The position numbers and the translations under genes were made by a program. 64,000 nucleotides of DNA from a virus (Duplodnaviria > Caudoviricetes). Below the pieces are notes generated by a model, which ran no database searches, was not told the origin of the DNA, and saw only the letters and a program-made list of their open reading frames with translations. The stretch is taken from the IMG/VR virus record IMGVR_UViG_3300032257_000008, positions 9,024 through 73,023 of that record. One strand, 5' to 3'. Shown here in pieces: positions 25,732 through 34,835 of the stretch (within the stretch, counting starts at the first letter, position 1; each line of letters opens with the position of its first letter).

Positions 25732-26829
25732 ATGAAAAGAGAAGAAGCTATTGAACAAGCGAAGGTACTCCAGGCATTAATTAATATTGCTAAAGTAAGT
25801 ATCATCTTAAATACATTCATTAAGCCGTTCCAAGAACGGGCTGTTAAAAAAGATAATGGATATATTTATCTTCATGGTAACTTCAACTTAGGTGGAACTG
25901 TTTCGGGTAGACTCAGTTCTTCTAAACCTAATATGCAAAATATACCTAGTAGCTCAAAATACGCCAAGTTAATTAAAAAGTGTTTTGTAGCTCCACCAGG
26001 GTGGATAATGGTTGGTGCTGACTTTGCTTCATTAGAAGACCGAATATCAGCACTTACTACTAAAGATCCTAACAAATTAAAAGTTTATACTGATGGTTAT
26101 GATGGCCACTGTCTACGTGCATACTCCTATTTTGGAGGGCAAATGCCGGACATTCAAGATACAGTTTCCAGTATCAACTCAATCTCCACTAAATATAAGC
26201 ATTTACGTCAAAAATCTAAAGAACCTACGTTCTTGCTTACATACGGTGGTACTTATAAAGGCTTAATGAATAATGTTGGTTTATCCCAGGATGAAGCATT
26301 AAGTATTGAAGCTAATTATCATGAGCTGTATCACGTATCTGATGCCTGGGTACAGGACAAGATAGAGACAGCTTCAAAAGTAGGTTACACAACCGTAGCA
26401 TTCGGTCTGAGAGTCCGTACACCGATCTTAGGTCAAACTATCATTGGTAAGAAAAGTACTCCCTACGAGGCACAGGCTGAAGGCAGGACTATGGGTAATG
26501 CTCATGGTCAGAGTTACGGAATGCTGAATAACCGGGCTGCTATTGAATTCAATGAACGCTTAATGGCTTCTGAGTTTAAATATGATGTCCTCCCCATGTC
26601 CCATATACATGATGCACAGTATTTTCTGATCCGAGAGGACCTGAAAGTAATGAAATGGTTTAATGATAACCTGGTTGAATGTATGGAATGGCAGGATTTA
26701 CCTGATATTAAGCATCCCACAGTGAAGCTGGGAGGCGAAGTAGACGTTTTCTACCCTACTTGGGCCGATAGCACTACTATTCCTAATAAATCCACTGAGG
26801 ACGAAATACAGGAGCTATTCAATGCGTAA
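25732..26829 (+). CDS. family A DNA polymerase, C-terminal catalytic part
   Basis: GRLSSSKPNMQNIP, motif A GADFASLEDRI, motif B RQKSKEPTFLLTYG, motif C HIHDA; own AAGGT SD and ATG. Confidence 0.92.
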   Translation: MKREEAIEQAKVLQALINIAKVSIILNTFIKPFQERAVKKDNGYIYLHGNFNLGGTVSGRLSSSKPNMQNIPSSSKYAKLIKKCFVAPPGWIMVGADFASLEDRISALTTKDPNKLKVYTDGYDGHCLRAYSYFGGQMPDIQDTVSSINSISTKYKHLRQKSKEPTFLLTYGGTYKGLMNNVGLSQDEALSIEANYHELYHVSDAWVQDKIETASKVGYTTVAFGLRVRTPILGQTIIGKKSTPYEAQAEGRTMGNAHGQSYGMLNNRAAIEFNERLMASEFKYDVLPMSHIHDAQYFLIREDLKVMKWFNDNLVECMEWQDLPDIKHPTVKLGGEVDVFYPTWADSTTIPNKSTEDEIQELFNA

Positions 26830-27073
26830 AGTTACTGAAGATGACCTAAGGAAAGATGAATTTAAAGGTAAAGATCCAGCTGATTATGAATTCAGAACAG
26901 ATGGTGCTGTAGTTCGTAAAGACCGATGGGAAAGAGGAATTCGTGATATTGCAGCTACACTTGATATGGATTCTCGCAGTGGTTTTGAAATCGATGATGT
27001 TGTACGTCTTGTGAAAATATTAGCTAATAAATATAAAGGGGAAACAGATGATTCGCATAGCATTAAGCGTTAA
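26822..27073 (+). CDS. hypothetical protein
   Basis: AGGAG SD; YEFRTDGAVVRKDRWERGIRDIA. Confidence 0.7.
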   Translation: MRKVTEDDLRKDEFKGKDPADYEFRTDGAVVRKDRWERGIRDIAATLDMDSRSGFEIDDVVRLVKILANKYKGETDDSHSIKR

Positions 27074-27446
27074 AGAAGATGCAAATCTACGTAAAGAAAT
27101 TAAAGAACTCGTAGAAGGTGCTATTAACGGCTTAGGTAGAGATCAAATAACTGAGATATTAGTACAAGCTACTTATAAAAAAATTGATAATCTATCGAGC
27201 CAAAATATAGTAGATATTCTTAAGGATAACCCGGAATTAAAACTTGCTGAATTATTAATAACTAAAATTGATAAAGTTAATGAAGAAGCCCTGGATCGTA
27301 TTGTAGAAAGAAAATTTAGAGAAGCTCGAGCTAAAGCTAATTCTGAAATACGTGCAACAATACGACAAGAAATAGATACTATTCAGGCAGAATTAAGTTC
27401 AGCAATAATTACTAATTTAAAGCAAGCTATTAATCCAAATGGATAA
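27048..27446 (+). CDS. hypothetical helical protein
   Basis: 132 aa, AGGGG SD. Confidence 0.65.
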   Translation: MIRIALSVKEDANLRKEIKELVEGAINGLGRDQITEILVQATYKKIDNLSSQNIVDILKDNPELKLAELLITKIDKVNEEALDRIVERKFREARAKANSEIRATIRQEIDTIQAELSSAIITNLKQAINPNG

Positions 27447-27642
27447 AAGCAAATGTTTAATATGCCCTAATTCTGATATATCAGATGTATTAAATAATAA
27501 TAATCACTATTGTAGAAATCCTTTAAATACAAAATTATTTACAATCATAAGGCACCATTATGATGATGGTGGTGACTATCCTACAGAAGTACCTGAATGG
27601 TGCCCATACGGGCACTCACTTGAATTACCTGGAGAGGAATAA
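27439..27642 (+). CDS. small Cys-rich protein
   Basis: CLIC...YC...PEWCP. Confidence 0.55.
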   Translation: MDKSKCLICPNSDISDVLNNNNHYCRNPLNTKLFTIIRHHYDDGGDYPTEVPEWCPYGHSLELPGEE

Positions 27643-28079
27643 TGAAAGACTTAGTAACTCTATTACAAAATGTACCTACTGTTAAAGTACGCTTTTATAG
27701 TGAACATCCTAATCATGGTAACAAAGAGTACACTTATAAAACAAATTTACCTTTAGCAATTGGTGACTTTGTAGTTGTACAAGTTAAAGAAGAATTTAAA
27801 GTTGTTAAAGTAGTTAAGTTAGATAGTGTACCAGCTATTGAAACCAATTGTGATTACCCACTTAAATGGATTATTACTAAAGTAGATATTAGTGGTTATG
27901 ACCGTCTACTTAAACATGACGAAACTTGTACTATGGCTGTTACTGCTGCAGAGAATAAGCGTTACCGTGAAAACATGCTTGGTGCTCTGCGTGAAGACTA
28001 TGGTGAAGAAGCTTTTGCCGAATTAACTAAGTCTACTGATATTCAGTCAATGTTAGCAACTGATAAAGGTGCATCATGA
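27642..28079 (+). CDS. hypothetical protein
   Basis: GAGGA SD, TAATG coupling; YTYKT...IGDFVVV. Confidence 0.75.
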   Translation: MKDLVTLLQNVPTVKVRFYSEHPNHGNKEYTYKTNLPLAIGDFVVVQVKEEFKVVKVVKLDSVPAIETNCDYPLKWIITKVDISGYDRLLKHDETCTMAVTAAENKRYRENMLGALREDYGEEAFAELTKSTDIQSMLATDKGAS

Positions 28080-29053
28080 AATTTACCAATGCCGGGGGTA
28101 TACCTCTATCACTTGCAGTTTGGTTAGCTACTGATGACTATGATCATTCAGATGACCCAGATGTTATTAGCGCAACATCACTACTTAAACCAATCAGAGC
28201 GATAGTGCTTGCTCGTCAGAACCGTGACTTACTTAAAGTAGGTGATGTTGAGTCTATGATACCTTCTCGTATGGGTACCGCATTACATGACTCAATTGAA
28301 CGCTCATGGAAAAATAACTATAAGCAGGCGCTTACTGATTTAAACTTTCCACCAGCTATTGCTGAACGAGTTTTAATTAACCCTGAAGACTCAGAAATTA
28401 AACCAGATTCCATAGTTATATACATGGAAATTCGTGGTACTAAGCAGGTTGGTAAATTTAAAGTATCAGGTAAATTTGATTTCTGTGCTGAAGGTGGCCT
28501 TGAAGATTTCAAATCTACCGGTACGTATAGTTTTATCAGCGGTTCGCATAATGAAAAGTATATGCAACAGGGATCTATTTACCGATGGTTACACCCAGAC
28601 AAGGTAAAATCTGATATAATGACTATCCAATTTATCTTTACCGATTGGTCGAAAGTTAAGTCATTACAGGAAAAGGATTATCCTAAAAAACGGTTACAAC
28701 CGTTAAAGCTTAATTTGATGAGTATTCCAGAAACTGAAGCTTTTGTTAAAGGTATTCTTAACAAAGTTGAGTTACTTGAGAATGCTCCGCAGGAACAGTT
28801 ACCACAATGTACACCAGAAGAGTTATGGCAGAAAGATGCAGTCTTTAAGTATTATAAAGATCCTGCTAAAACTACCCGCTCTACGAAGAACTTTACTAAT
28901 TCAGCAGATGCTTATAATCGTCTTCAAGATGACGGTAACGTAGGTGTCATTAAAGAAATTAAAGGTGAAGTTGTTCGTTGTAAATATTGTGACGTAATTG
29001 GTCTGTGTGACCAGGCTAAGGATTTAATTGAATCCGGTTTACTAATCATATAA
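28076..29053 (+). CDS. PD-(D/E)XK exonuclease (N4 gp42-like, Cas4-like fold)
   Basis: ISATSLLKP, MGTALHDSIE, SGKFD...EDFKST, C-terminal RCKYC...LC. Confidence 0.8.
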   Translation: MKFTNAGGIPLSLAVWLATDDYDHSDDPDVISATSLLKPIRAIVLARQNRDLLKVGDVESMIPSRMGTALHDSIERSWKNNYKQALTDLNFPPAIAERVLINPEDSEIKPDSIVIYMEIRGTKQVGKFKVSGKFDFCAEGGLEDFKSTGTYSFISGSHNEKYMQQGSIYRWLHPDKVKSDIMTIQFIFTDWSKVKSLQEKDYPKKRLQPLKLNLMSIPETEAFVKGILNKVELLENAPQEQLPQCTPEELWQKDAVFKYYKDPAKTTRSTKNFTNSADAYNRLQDDGNVGVIKEIKGEVVRCKYCDVIGLCDQAKDLIESGLLII

Positions 29054-29086
29054 GGGGGGACTCTTATAAAGTTAAAAGGATCATCC

Positions 29087-29476
29087 ATGTTAAGTTTAAT
29101 TACTAAGACCGCAGTAACAACCATAATCCCACACTTACCACAGATTGTAATGGACAGTTACAATTACCTCTTTGGGGAAGAGGAAAAAAAGACAGGACCT
29201 GTATTACCTCGTAAAAAAACTGATACTACTAAATTTACTCAGCATATGTATGACTTCATTAATGAAGAATACGCTGCTTGGATTTACACAGATCGAACCA
29301 AGTTATCAAATGGTTTATCTTGCAGCTCCCAGGAAGAATTTAAAGTACATATGAATGCTGCCCTAAATTTAGATAAAAGCAGAACTTCGTATGCCAGTAT
29401 TTTTAATAAAAAAGTAGATCGTAATTCACTACCTACAGGTACTCCAATACAATCATTAACTAGTACGGAGGAGTAA
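29087..29476 (+). CDS. hypothetical protein
   Basis: AAGGA SD; TAATG coupling to the gp43-like gene. Confidence 0.7.
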   Translation: MLSLITKTAVTTIIPHLPQIVMDSYNYLFGEEEKKTGPVLPRKKTDTTKFTQHMYDFINEEYAAWIYTDRTKLSNGLSCSSQEEFKVHMNAALNLDKSRTSYASIFNKKVDRNSLPTGTPIQSLTSTEE

Positions 29477-31635
29477 TGAAAGATTTAAGTACAATAAAAC
29501 ATTTTGATGCTTCAGAGAAACTGGTAAGTATTCTCATGAAGAAGACTCAAAATAAGAATCCATTGTTCTTCCGTGTATTGTCTGCTTATTACTTCGCTAA
29601 AGTAGCATCTATGATGCGTACAGGTATTAAGACACATGATCGTGGAACTATTCCTGTTAGTTTGTACGCTCTTAATCTATCTACATCTGGTAGTGGTAAA
29701 GGTTTTTCAACTAATATTATTGAAGAACAGGTTATTAACCAGTTTAGAGATCGTTTCCTTGATGAGACATTCCCTTCAATTAGTCAAATTAACTTGCATA
29801 AGTTAGCAGTCAAAAGAGCTGTTCGTGATGATATTGATGAAGAAGACGCTCTCGAGAAAGTAAATCGAGAATTTGAGTTACAAGGTAACTTAGCTTTTTC
29901 ATTTGATAGTGCTACAACTGCTGCTGTTAAACAAATGCGAACCAAACTGTTAATGGCTAATGCTGGCTCAGTTAACTTTGAAATGGATGAAGTCGGATCT
30001 AATCTGATGGGTAATCTTGAAGTACTGGGCACATTCTTAGAATTGTTTGATGTTGGTAAAGTAAAACAAAAACTGACTAAGAACACAGCTGAAAATAAAC
30101 GCAGTGAAGAAATTGAAGGTCGTACACCCACTAACTTATTATTATTTGGTACTCCAAGTAAACTATTAAACAGTGGTAAGACTGAAGAAGAATTCCTTGC
30201 TATGTTGGAAACTGGCTATGCCAGACGTTGCTTCTTTGGTTATCATCGTAAGCCAAATACTGATGCAGGTTTAACTGCTGAAGAAGTCTACGATATGATG
30301 ACTGATACATCTTCTGCCCAATATTTAACTGACTTATCTAATAAGTTAGCTGTATTAGCAGATCCTGTTAACTTTAATACTGAATTAACTTTAACTAAAG
30401 ATGTAAGCCTTATTTATATTGAATACAAAATTCAATGTGATAGAAAAGCTGATGCTTTAAAGGAACATGATGAAATTCTTAAGGCTGAGTTATCTCATCG
30501 ATACTACAAAGCTTTAAAATTAGCTGGTGCTTATGCATTTATTGATGGGAGCCATGAAGTTAAAGAAGAGCACTTGTATCCTGCAATAAAGTTAGCAGAA
30601 GAATCTGGTGAAGCCTTTAATCGTATTATGACTCGTGAACGTCCTTACGTTAAGTTGGCTAAGTATATTGCTAATGCTAATCGTGAGCTCACTAATGTAG
30701 ATTTAATTGAAGATTTAAATTTCTTCAAAGGCACAACATCTCAACAACGAGATATGATGTCTTTAGCTACAGCCTGGGGATATAAAAACAATATTATTAT
30801 TAAACGTTCTTATATGGATGGTATTGAGTTCCTTGAAGGTGAGTCAATGGAAGAGACTGACACTAGTAAGATGATAGTTTCTTACAGTAATGATATTGCT
30901 CAGGGTTTTGAACCTGAGTATGCACCATTTGATCAGTTAGATCGTTTAACAACTCTAAATGGTTACCATTACGCAGCTCATCACTTTAAAGACAAGCATC
31001 GTAACAGTATTAATTTAATCCAAGGTTTTAATCTTGCTATTATTGATATTGATGAAGGTGTAAGTTTAAGTACAGCTAAAATGTTATTGAAAGGTTATAA
31101 AGCTTTCTTTGCTACAACTAAACGACATACGCCTCAGGAAAATCGATTCAGAATTATTTTCCCATTAAGTCATATCGTTAAGTTAGACGCAACTAGCTAT
31201 TCTAAATTCATGGTGAATGTATTTAACTGGTTACCCTTTGATACTGATGAGTCTACTAAAGATTGTGCACGTAAATGGGAAACTTATCCTAATGGTACTG
31301 TTGAATACCAGGATGGTGATTTGTTGGATGCAATGTTATTCATTCCACAAACTAAAAAGGAAGAAGAGCAGTCACAAAAAATATTGGACAACAATTCCTT
31401 AAATAATATGGAACGTTGGTTCTATCTGAATACCACTACTGGCAATCGTTCTAACCAAATAATCAGATATGCTCTGGCATTGGTTGATAATGGTGAATCA
31501 GTAGAAGGTGTGCGTAATGCTATTTTAAGCTTCAATGGTAAATTGAAAGATCCTTTACCAGAAGATGAAATTAGTAATACGATTATGGTTTCAGTTGTTA
31601 AAGCTGTAACTAAACGTGACTTAAACAGTAACTAG
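29476..31635 (+). CDS. N4 gp43-like primase / P-loop ATPase
   Basis: SGSGKG Walker A, EMDEVGS Walker B, C-terminal AEP-like IIDID...TTKRH...RFRIIFP, PriCT-like GNRSNQIIRYA. Confidence 0.85.
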   Translation: MKDLSTIKHFDASEKLVSILMKKTQNKNPLFFRVLSAYYFAKVASMMRTGIKTHDRGTIPVSLYALNLSTSGSGKGFSTNIIEEQVINQFRDRFLDETFPSISQINLHKLAVKRAVRDDIDEEDALEKVNREFELQGNLAFSFDSATTAAVKQMRTKLLMANAGSVNFEMDEVGSNLMGNLEVLGTFLELFDVGKVKQKLTKNTAENKRSEEIEGRTPTNLLLFGTPSKLLNSGKTEEEFLAMLETGYARRCFFGYHRKPNTDAGLTAEEVYDMMTDTSSAQYLTDLSNKLAVLADPVNFNTELTLTKDVSLIYIEYKIQCDRKADALKEHDEILKAELSHRYYKALKLAGAYAFIDGSHEVKEEHLYPAIKLAEESGEAFNRIMTRERPYVKLAKYIANANRELTNVDLIEDLNFFKGTTSQQRDMMSLATAWGYKNNIIIKRSYMDGIEFLEGESMEETDTSKMIVSYSNDIAQGFEPEYAPFDQLDRLTTLNGYHYAAHHFKDKHRNSINLIQGFNLAIIDIDEGVSLSTAKMLLKGYKAFFATTKRHTPQENRFRIIFPLSHIVKLDATSYSKFMVNVFNWLPFDTDESTKDCARKWETYPNGTVEYQDGDLLDAMLFIPQTKKEEEQSQKILDNNSLNNMERWFYLNTTTGNRSNQIIRYALALVDNGESVEGVRNAILSFNGKLKDPLPEDEISNTIMVSVVKAVTKRDLNSN

Positions 31636-31645
31636 AGAGGTAGCT

Positions 31646-32374
31646 ATGACTGCAATAGTCGAGAATGATAATTTGGTACTTATAAGTGGAAAGTCTGCAA
31701 CGGGAAAGAGTGCAGCCTTACGAGGTATCAAAAATCCTGAAGGTGTAATTTATCTTAATTGTGAAAACAATAAGAAGCTACCTTTCAAAAGTAAGTTTAA
31801 AGAACTAACCATTACTGATCCGATGGATATTTATCAAGCTTTTTCTGAAGCTGAAAACATGCCAGATATTCATACTATTGTTGTAGATACTGCAACATAT
31901 ATGATGGACATGTATGAAAGTGTATATGTTCTCAACTCCAGCAATACAATGCAGGCTTGGGGACAATATGCTCAGTTCTTTAAAACATTGATGAGTCAGT
32001 ATGTAGCTAAGTCTACAAAAAATGTTATTTTCCTGGCACATACAATGGATGTCATTAATGAAGATATGATTAGCGAGACTATCGTTAAAGTTAAAGGTTC
32101 ATTAATGAATACTGGTATTGAAAGTTTCTTCAGTACTGTTATATCTACCAAGAAAGTATCACTTAAAGCCTTAGAAGAGTGTGAATCTGATCTGTTAAAT
32201 ATTACAGAAGAAGAAGAAATGCTTGGCTTTAAGTATGTTTTCCAAACTCGTTTAACTAAAAAAACTGTTAATGAACGTATTCGAAGTAGTCTAGGTATGT
32301 GGACTGCTAAAGAAACATTCATTGATAATGACGTTCAACATGTAATCGATAAGTTACACGATTACTACTCTTAA
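31646..32374 (+). CDS. Sak4-like AAA ATPase (N4 gp44-like)
   Basis: SGKSATGKS, YLNCE, IVVDT, GIESFFSTV. Confidence 0.85.
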   Translation: MTAIVENDNLVLISGKSATGKSAALRGIKNPEGVIYLNCENNKKLPFKSKFKELTITDPMDIYQAFSEAENMPDIHTIVVDTATYMMDMYESVYVLNSSNTMQAWGQYAQFFKTLMSQYVAKSTKNVIFLAHTMDVINEDMISETIVKVKGSLMNTGIESFFSTVISTKKVSLKALEECESDLLNITEEEEMLGFKYVFQTRLTKKTVNERIRSSLGMWTAKETFIDNDVQHVIDKLHDYYS

Positions 32375-32396
32375 TAAATAACACAGGTAAATTAAA

Positions 32397-33143
32397 ATGT
32401 TAGAAAACTTAAAAACCGACTCATCAATTGAAGAAGAAAATGACGTATTAGGTGGTAACGGTCCACTAGATACTGATGCATATGCAATGGCAATTGACAT
32501 GGCATATTTTGATACTGCAGCATCTGGTGCTATCAGTGTTAATCTTACTTTCACTGATGCTACTGGTCGTTCTGTACGCCAAACTATTTATGTAACTTCT
32601 GGTACTGCTAAAGGCGGTAAGAATTACTACATGGTTAAGAAAGATGGTAAAGAAACTGGTGAGAAGCGTTATCTTCCTGGTTTCAATATTGCTAATGCAA
32701 TTGCTCTTCTTTCTGTTGGTAAAGAAATTGCAGATGTTGAAACAGAAGAAAAAACTATCAATGTTTGGAATTCTGAACTTCGTAAAGAAGCACCAGCTAA
32801 GAAGCAATTACTTACTGAACTAATGGGTTCAGAAATTACTCTTGGCCTGGTTAAACAGATTGTGGATAAGAATGTTAAAAATCCATCTACTGGTATGTAT
32901 GAGCCATCAGGTGAAACTCGTGAAGAAAACGAAATTGATAAAGTTTTCCGCACTAAGGATCACTTAACTGTTGCTGAAATTCGTGCTGACGCTACTGAAG
33001 CTGCATTCTACGATAAGTGGGTTGCTAAGAATCAGGGTAACACTCGTAACAAAGCTAAAGGTGGCGGTACTCAAGGTACTTCTGGTTTACCAGGTGCTGC
33101 TCCTGCTGCAGATAGTGCTGAAAAGAAACCATTATTCGGCTAA
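32397..33143 (+). CDS. ssb: single-stranded DNA-binding protein (N4 gp45-like; late-transcription activator in N4)
   Basis: Position after gp44; YLPGFNIANAI, REENEIDKVF, C-terminal KKPLFG. Confidence 0.85.
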   Translation: MLENLKTDSSIEEENDVLGGNGPLDTDAYAMAIDMAYFDTAASGAISVNLTFTDATGRSVRQTIYVTSGTAKGGKNYYMVKKDGKETGEKRYLPGFNIANAIALLSVGKEIADVETEEKTINVWNSELRKEAPAKKQLLTELMGSEITLGLVKQIVDKNVKNPSTGMYEPSGETREENEIDKVFRTKDHLTVAEIRADATEAAFYDKWVAKNQGNTRNKAKGGGTQGTSGLPGAAPAADSAEKKPLFG

Positions 33144-33147
33144 AATT

Positions 33148-33346
33148 CTTTGATCCTTGTTAAGATGAGTAGTGTTAGCATAACGATTGGTGAGACTCCG
33201 ATTGGGCAAGGATAAAGATAGGGGATGAATCATCCTCACTGTGAAAATCAGCAAGTCCGGGGCGTTACAATAGTACGGGTAATGTCCGACCACTCTAAAG
33301 AGGTGGTCTACCCTTTCACTTACTCTGGTAGGTGGAGGGGATTTTT
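33148..33346 (+). ncRNA. candidate structured RNA: six contiguous stems with two T-loops, ending in a terminator
   Basis: cttt(g)atccttg/caaggataaag enclosing attgg-TGAGACT-ccgat; ggggatg/catcctc; ctg-TGAAAAT-cag; gggcgttac/gtaatgtcc; gaccactc/ga(g)gtggtc; 13-bp G-U-rich stem plus ATTTTT. Confidence 0.5.
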
Positions 33347-33350
33347 ATAA

Positions 33351-33420
33351 GCACTTCTGCCCGGGGCACGGGTACCGGGTTCCTCCCGTGCGGAATAACT
33401 CAAATAAACGGAGTGCTTTT
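33351..33420 (+). ncRNA. candidate structured RNA with an H-type pseudoknot and ACTCAAATA
   Basis: Closing stem gcacttc/ggagtgc; S1 cccgg/ccggg, S2 gcacggg/cccgtgc, L1=1 nt, L2=2 nt, L3=5 nt; followed by TTTT. Confidence 0.5.
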
Positions 33421-33549
33421 AAAAATTTAATTCACCAGTTTACAATAGTCATCCCTATTGAATTTGTGGGGTGCGTAAACGGGAATAGTGGTAGTCTTTT
33501 TAAGAACTCTGTTTTCTTCCACTTAAATACGACCAAAAAAATAAGATTG

Positions 33550-33645
33550 CTCCCCTATTAAGGAAGCCCGCGTAGATAGCAGTTTTGGTTCCCACACCAC
33601 TTAAGTGAGTCTACATGTGGAGGGAATGTCCGGAGGGGGAGTTTT
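33550..33645 (+). ncRNA. candidate multibranch structured RNA upstream of dut
   Basis: ctcccct/gggggag closing stem plus TTTT; ttccc/gggaa and ccac/gtgg inner stems; possible gtagat/gtctac pseudoknot. Confidence 0.4.
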
Positions 33646-33679
33646 ATATTATTTTTCTCAATAACTAAGGAAATTATCA

Positions 33680-34249
33680 ATGGGTAAATCCAAAAAAGAT
33701 AAAGGCGGTTTAGACGTAAACACCTCAATCCAAATAGTTGTGGCTGATGATAAGTACATGCCAGTTAAAGCACACGATACAGATGCTGCTTATGATGTCA
33801 TGGCTTGTTTAGAAAACAAAAGCAACACTACTAAATTAATCCCAGGTCAGCGTATTACATTAGATCTTGGTTTTAAACTTGGGTTGCCAGACGGTTATGA
33901 AGCACTCATATCACCACGTAGTGGCTTAGCTTCTAAGCAAGGCATCACTATTCTTAACTCTCCAGGCATAATTGATGCTGGATATCGTGGTGACGTAAAA
34001 GTTATTCTCAAAAACACAGGCGATAAACCATTTTTCTATAATGATGGTGACCGCATTGCGCAGATGCGGATTAAACAGGTACTTCCTACTACTCTGGAAG
34101 CAGTTGATGAACTTGATGAAACAGAACGTGGTGAAGGTGGCTTTGGTAGCACCGGCACAGATAACAATTCTAGTACTGATGGTTCAGATTCTGTAGAAGG
34201 TACTGATGAGTCTGGTAAAGATGATTCTTCGGATACTGGAGAAGAGTAA
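33680..34249 (+). CDS. dut: trimeric dUTPase with an acidic C-terminal extension
   Basis: AAYD, SPRSGLA, GIIDAGYRG, GDRIAQ, RGEGGFGSTG. Confidence 0.93.
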   Translation: MGKSKKDKGGLDVNTSIQIVVADDKYMPVKAHDTDAAYDVMACLENKSNTTKLIPGQRITLDLGFKLGLPDGYEALISPRSGLASKQGITILNSPGIIDAGYRGDVKVILKNTGDKPFFYNDGDRIAQMRIKQVLPTTLEAVDELDETERGEGGFGSTGTDNNSSTDGSDSVEGTDESGKDDSSDTGEE

Positions 34250-34758
34250 TGAAAAAGGTTACAGCTTTTATTGGTTGTGACCCTGGTGCATCGGGAGCCT
34301 TATGTTTACTTAAGGTTCCTGATAACCAACCAATCGAAATATTTTTTCTGGATCATGATAAAAGCACTAATCTAGAAAAGCACCAGTGGTTAACAGAAGC
34401 AGCTGAGACACTTAATGTTAAGATGTCCATGCTTGAAGATGTTCGTAGCTTATTTGGTATGTCAGCAAAATCAAACTTTAGTTTTGGTGGTGCTTATTAC
34501 ACAGCTAAGTTGTTACTTGAATTACAAACTTCTTTTGGACTTGATTTAGTTAAAGCTAAAGCCTGGCAGAAAGCAGTTGGTATTCCACCTAAGAAACCAA
34601 AAGAAAAAAGAGCTCCTGCTGAACTTAAAAAATTAGTAGCGAACCAATGTAAACAATTGTATCCGGAATGTGTAATTCATACTCCTAGAGGTAGATTGTT
34701 AGATGGTAGAAGTGATGCATTAATGATTGCTCACCATTGTATGCTTAAGCATAAATAA
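34249..34758 (+). CDS. RuvC-like Holliday junction resolvase (N4 gp46 position)
   Basis: IGCDPG, LEDV, SNFSFG, WQK, DGRSDALMIA. Confidence 0.8.
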   Translation: MKKVTAFIGCDPGASGALCLLKVPDNQPIEIFFLDHDKSTNLEKHQWLTEAAETLNVKMSMLEDVRSLFGMSAKSNFSFGGAYYTAKLLLELQTSFGLDLVKAKAWQKAVGIPPKKPKEKRAPAELKKLVANQCKQLYPECVIHTPRGRLLDGRSDALMIAHHCMLKHK

Positions 34759-34772
34759 ATTAAAACCAGTTT

Positions 34773-34818
34773 AGTTCCTCTCATCTACGGGAGTATGCCC
34801 CCCGAGGGGAACTTTTTT
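34773..34818 (+). terminator. 10-bp stem with internal hairpin and T tract
   Basis: agttcctctc/gaggggaact + ttttt; inner ggg-agtatg-ccc. Confidence 0.55.
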
Positions 34819-34835
34819 AATAAGAGATTCTGTCT

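Noticed and set aside
33351-33430. tmRNA (pk1-like pseudoknot followed by AATAACT)
   Set aside because: No GCA/GAC-type resume codon or Ala-ending tag, no GGGG 5' end with a G3-U70 acceptor, and no TTC T-loop plus CCA end
33550-33645. Twister ribozyme or group II intron domain V resemblance
   Set aside because: It has TAAGGAAGC, GAGGG and CGGAGGGGG words, but lacks the twister GGUCCYAAGCCC loop and a 34-nt domain V hairpin with AGC triad geometry
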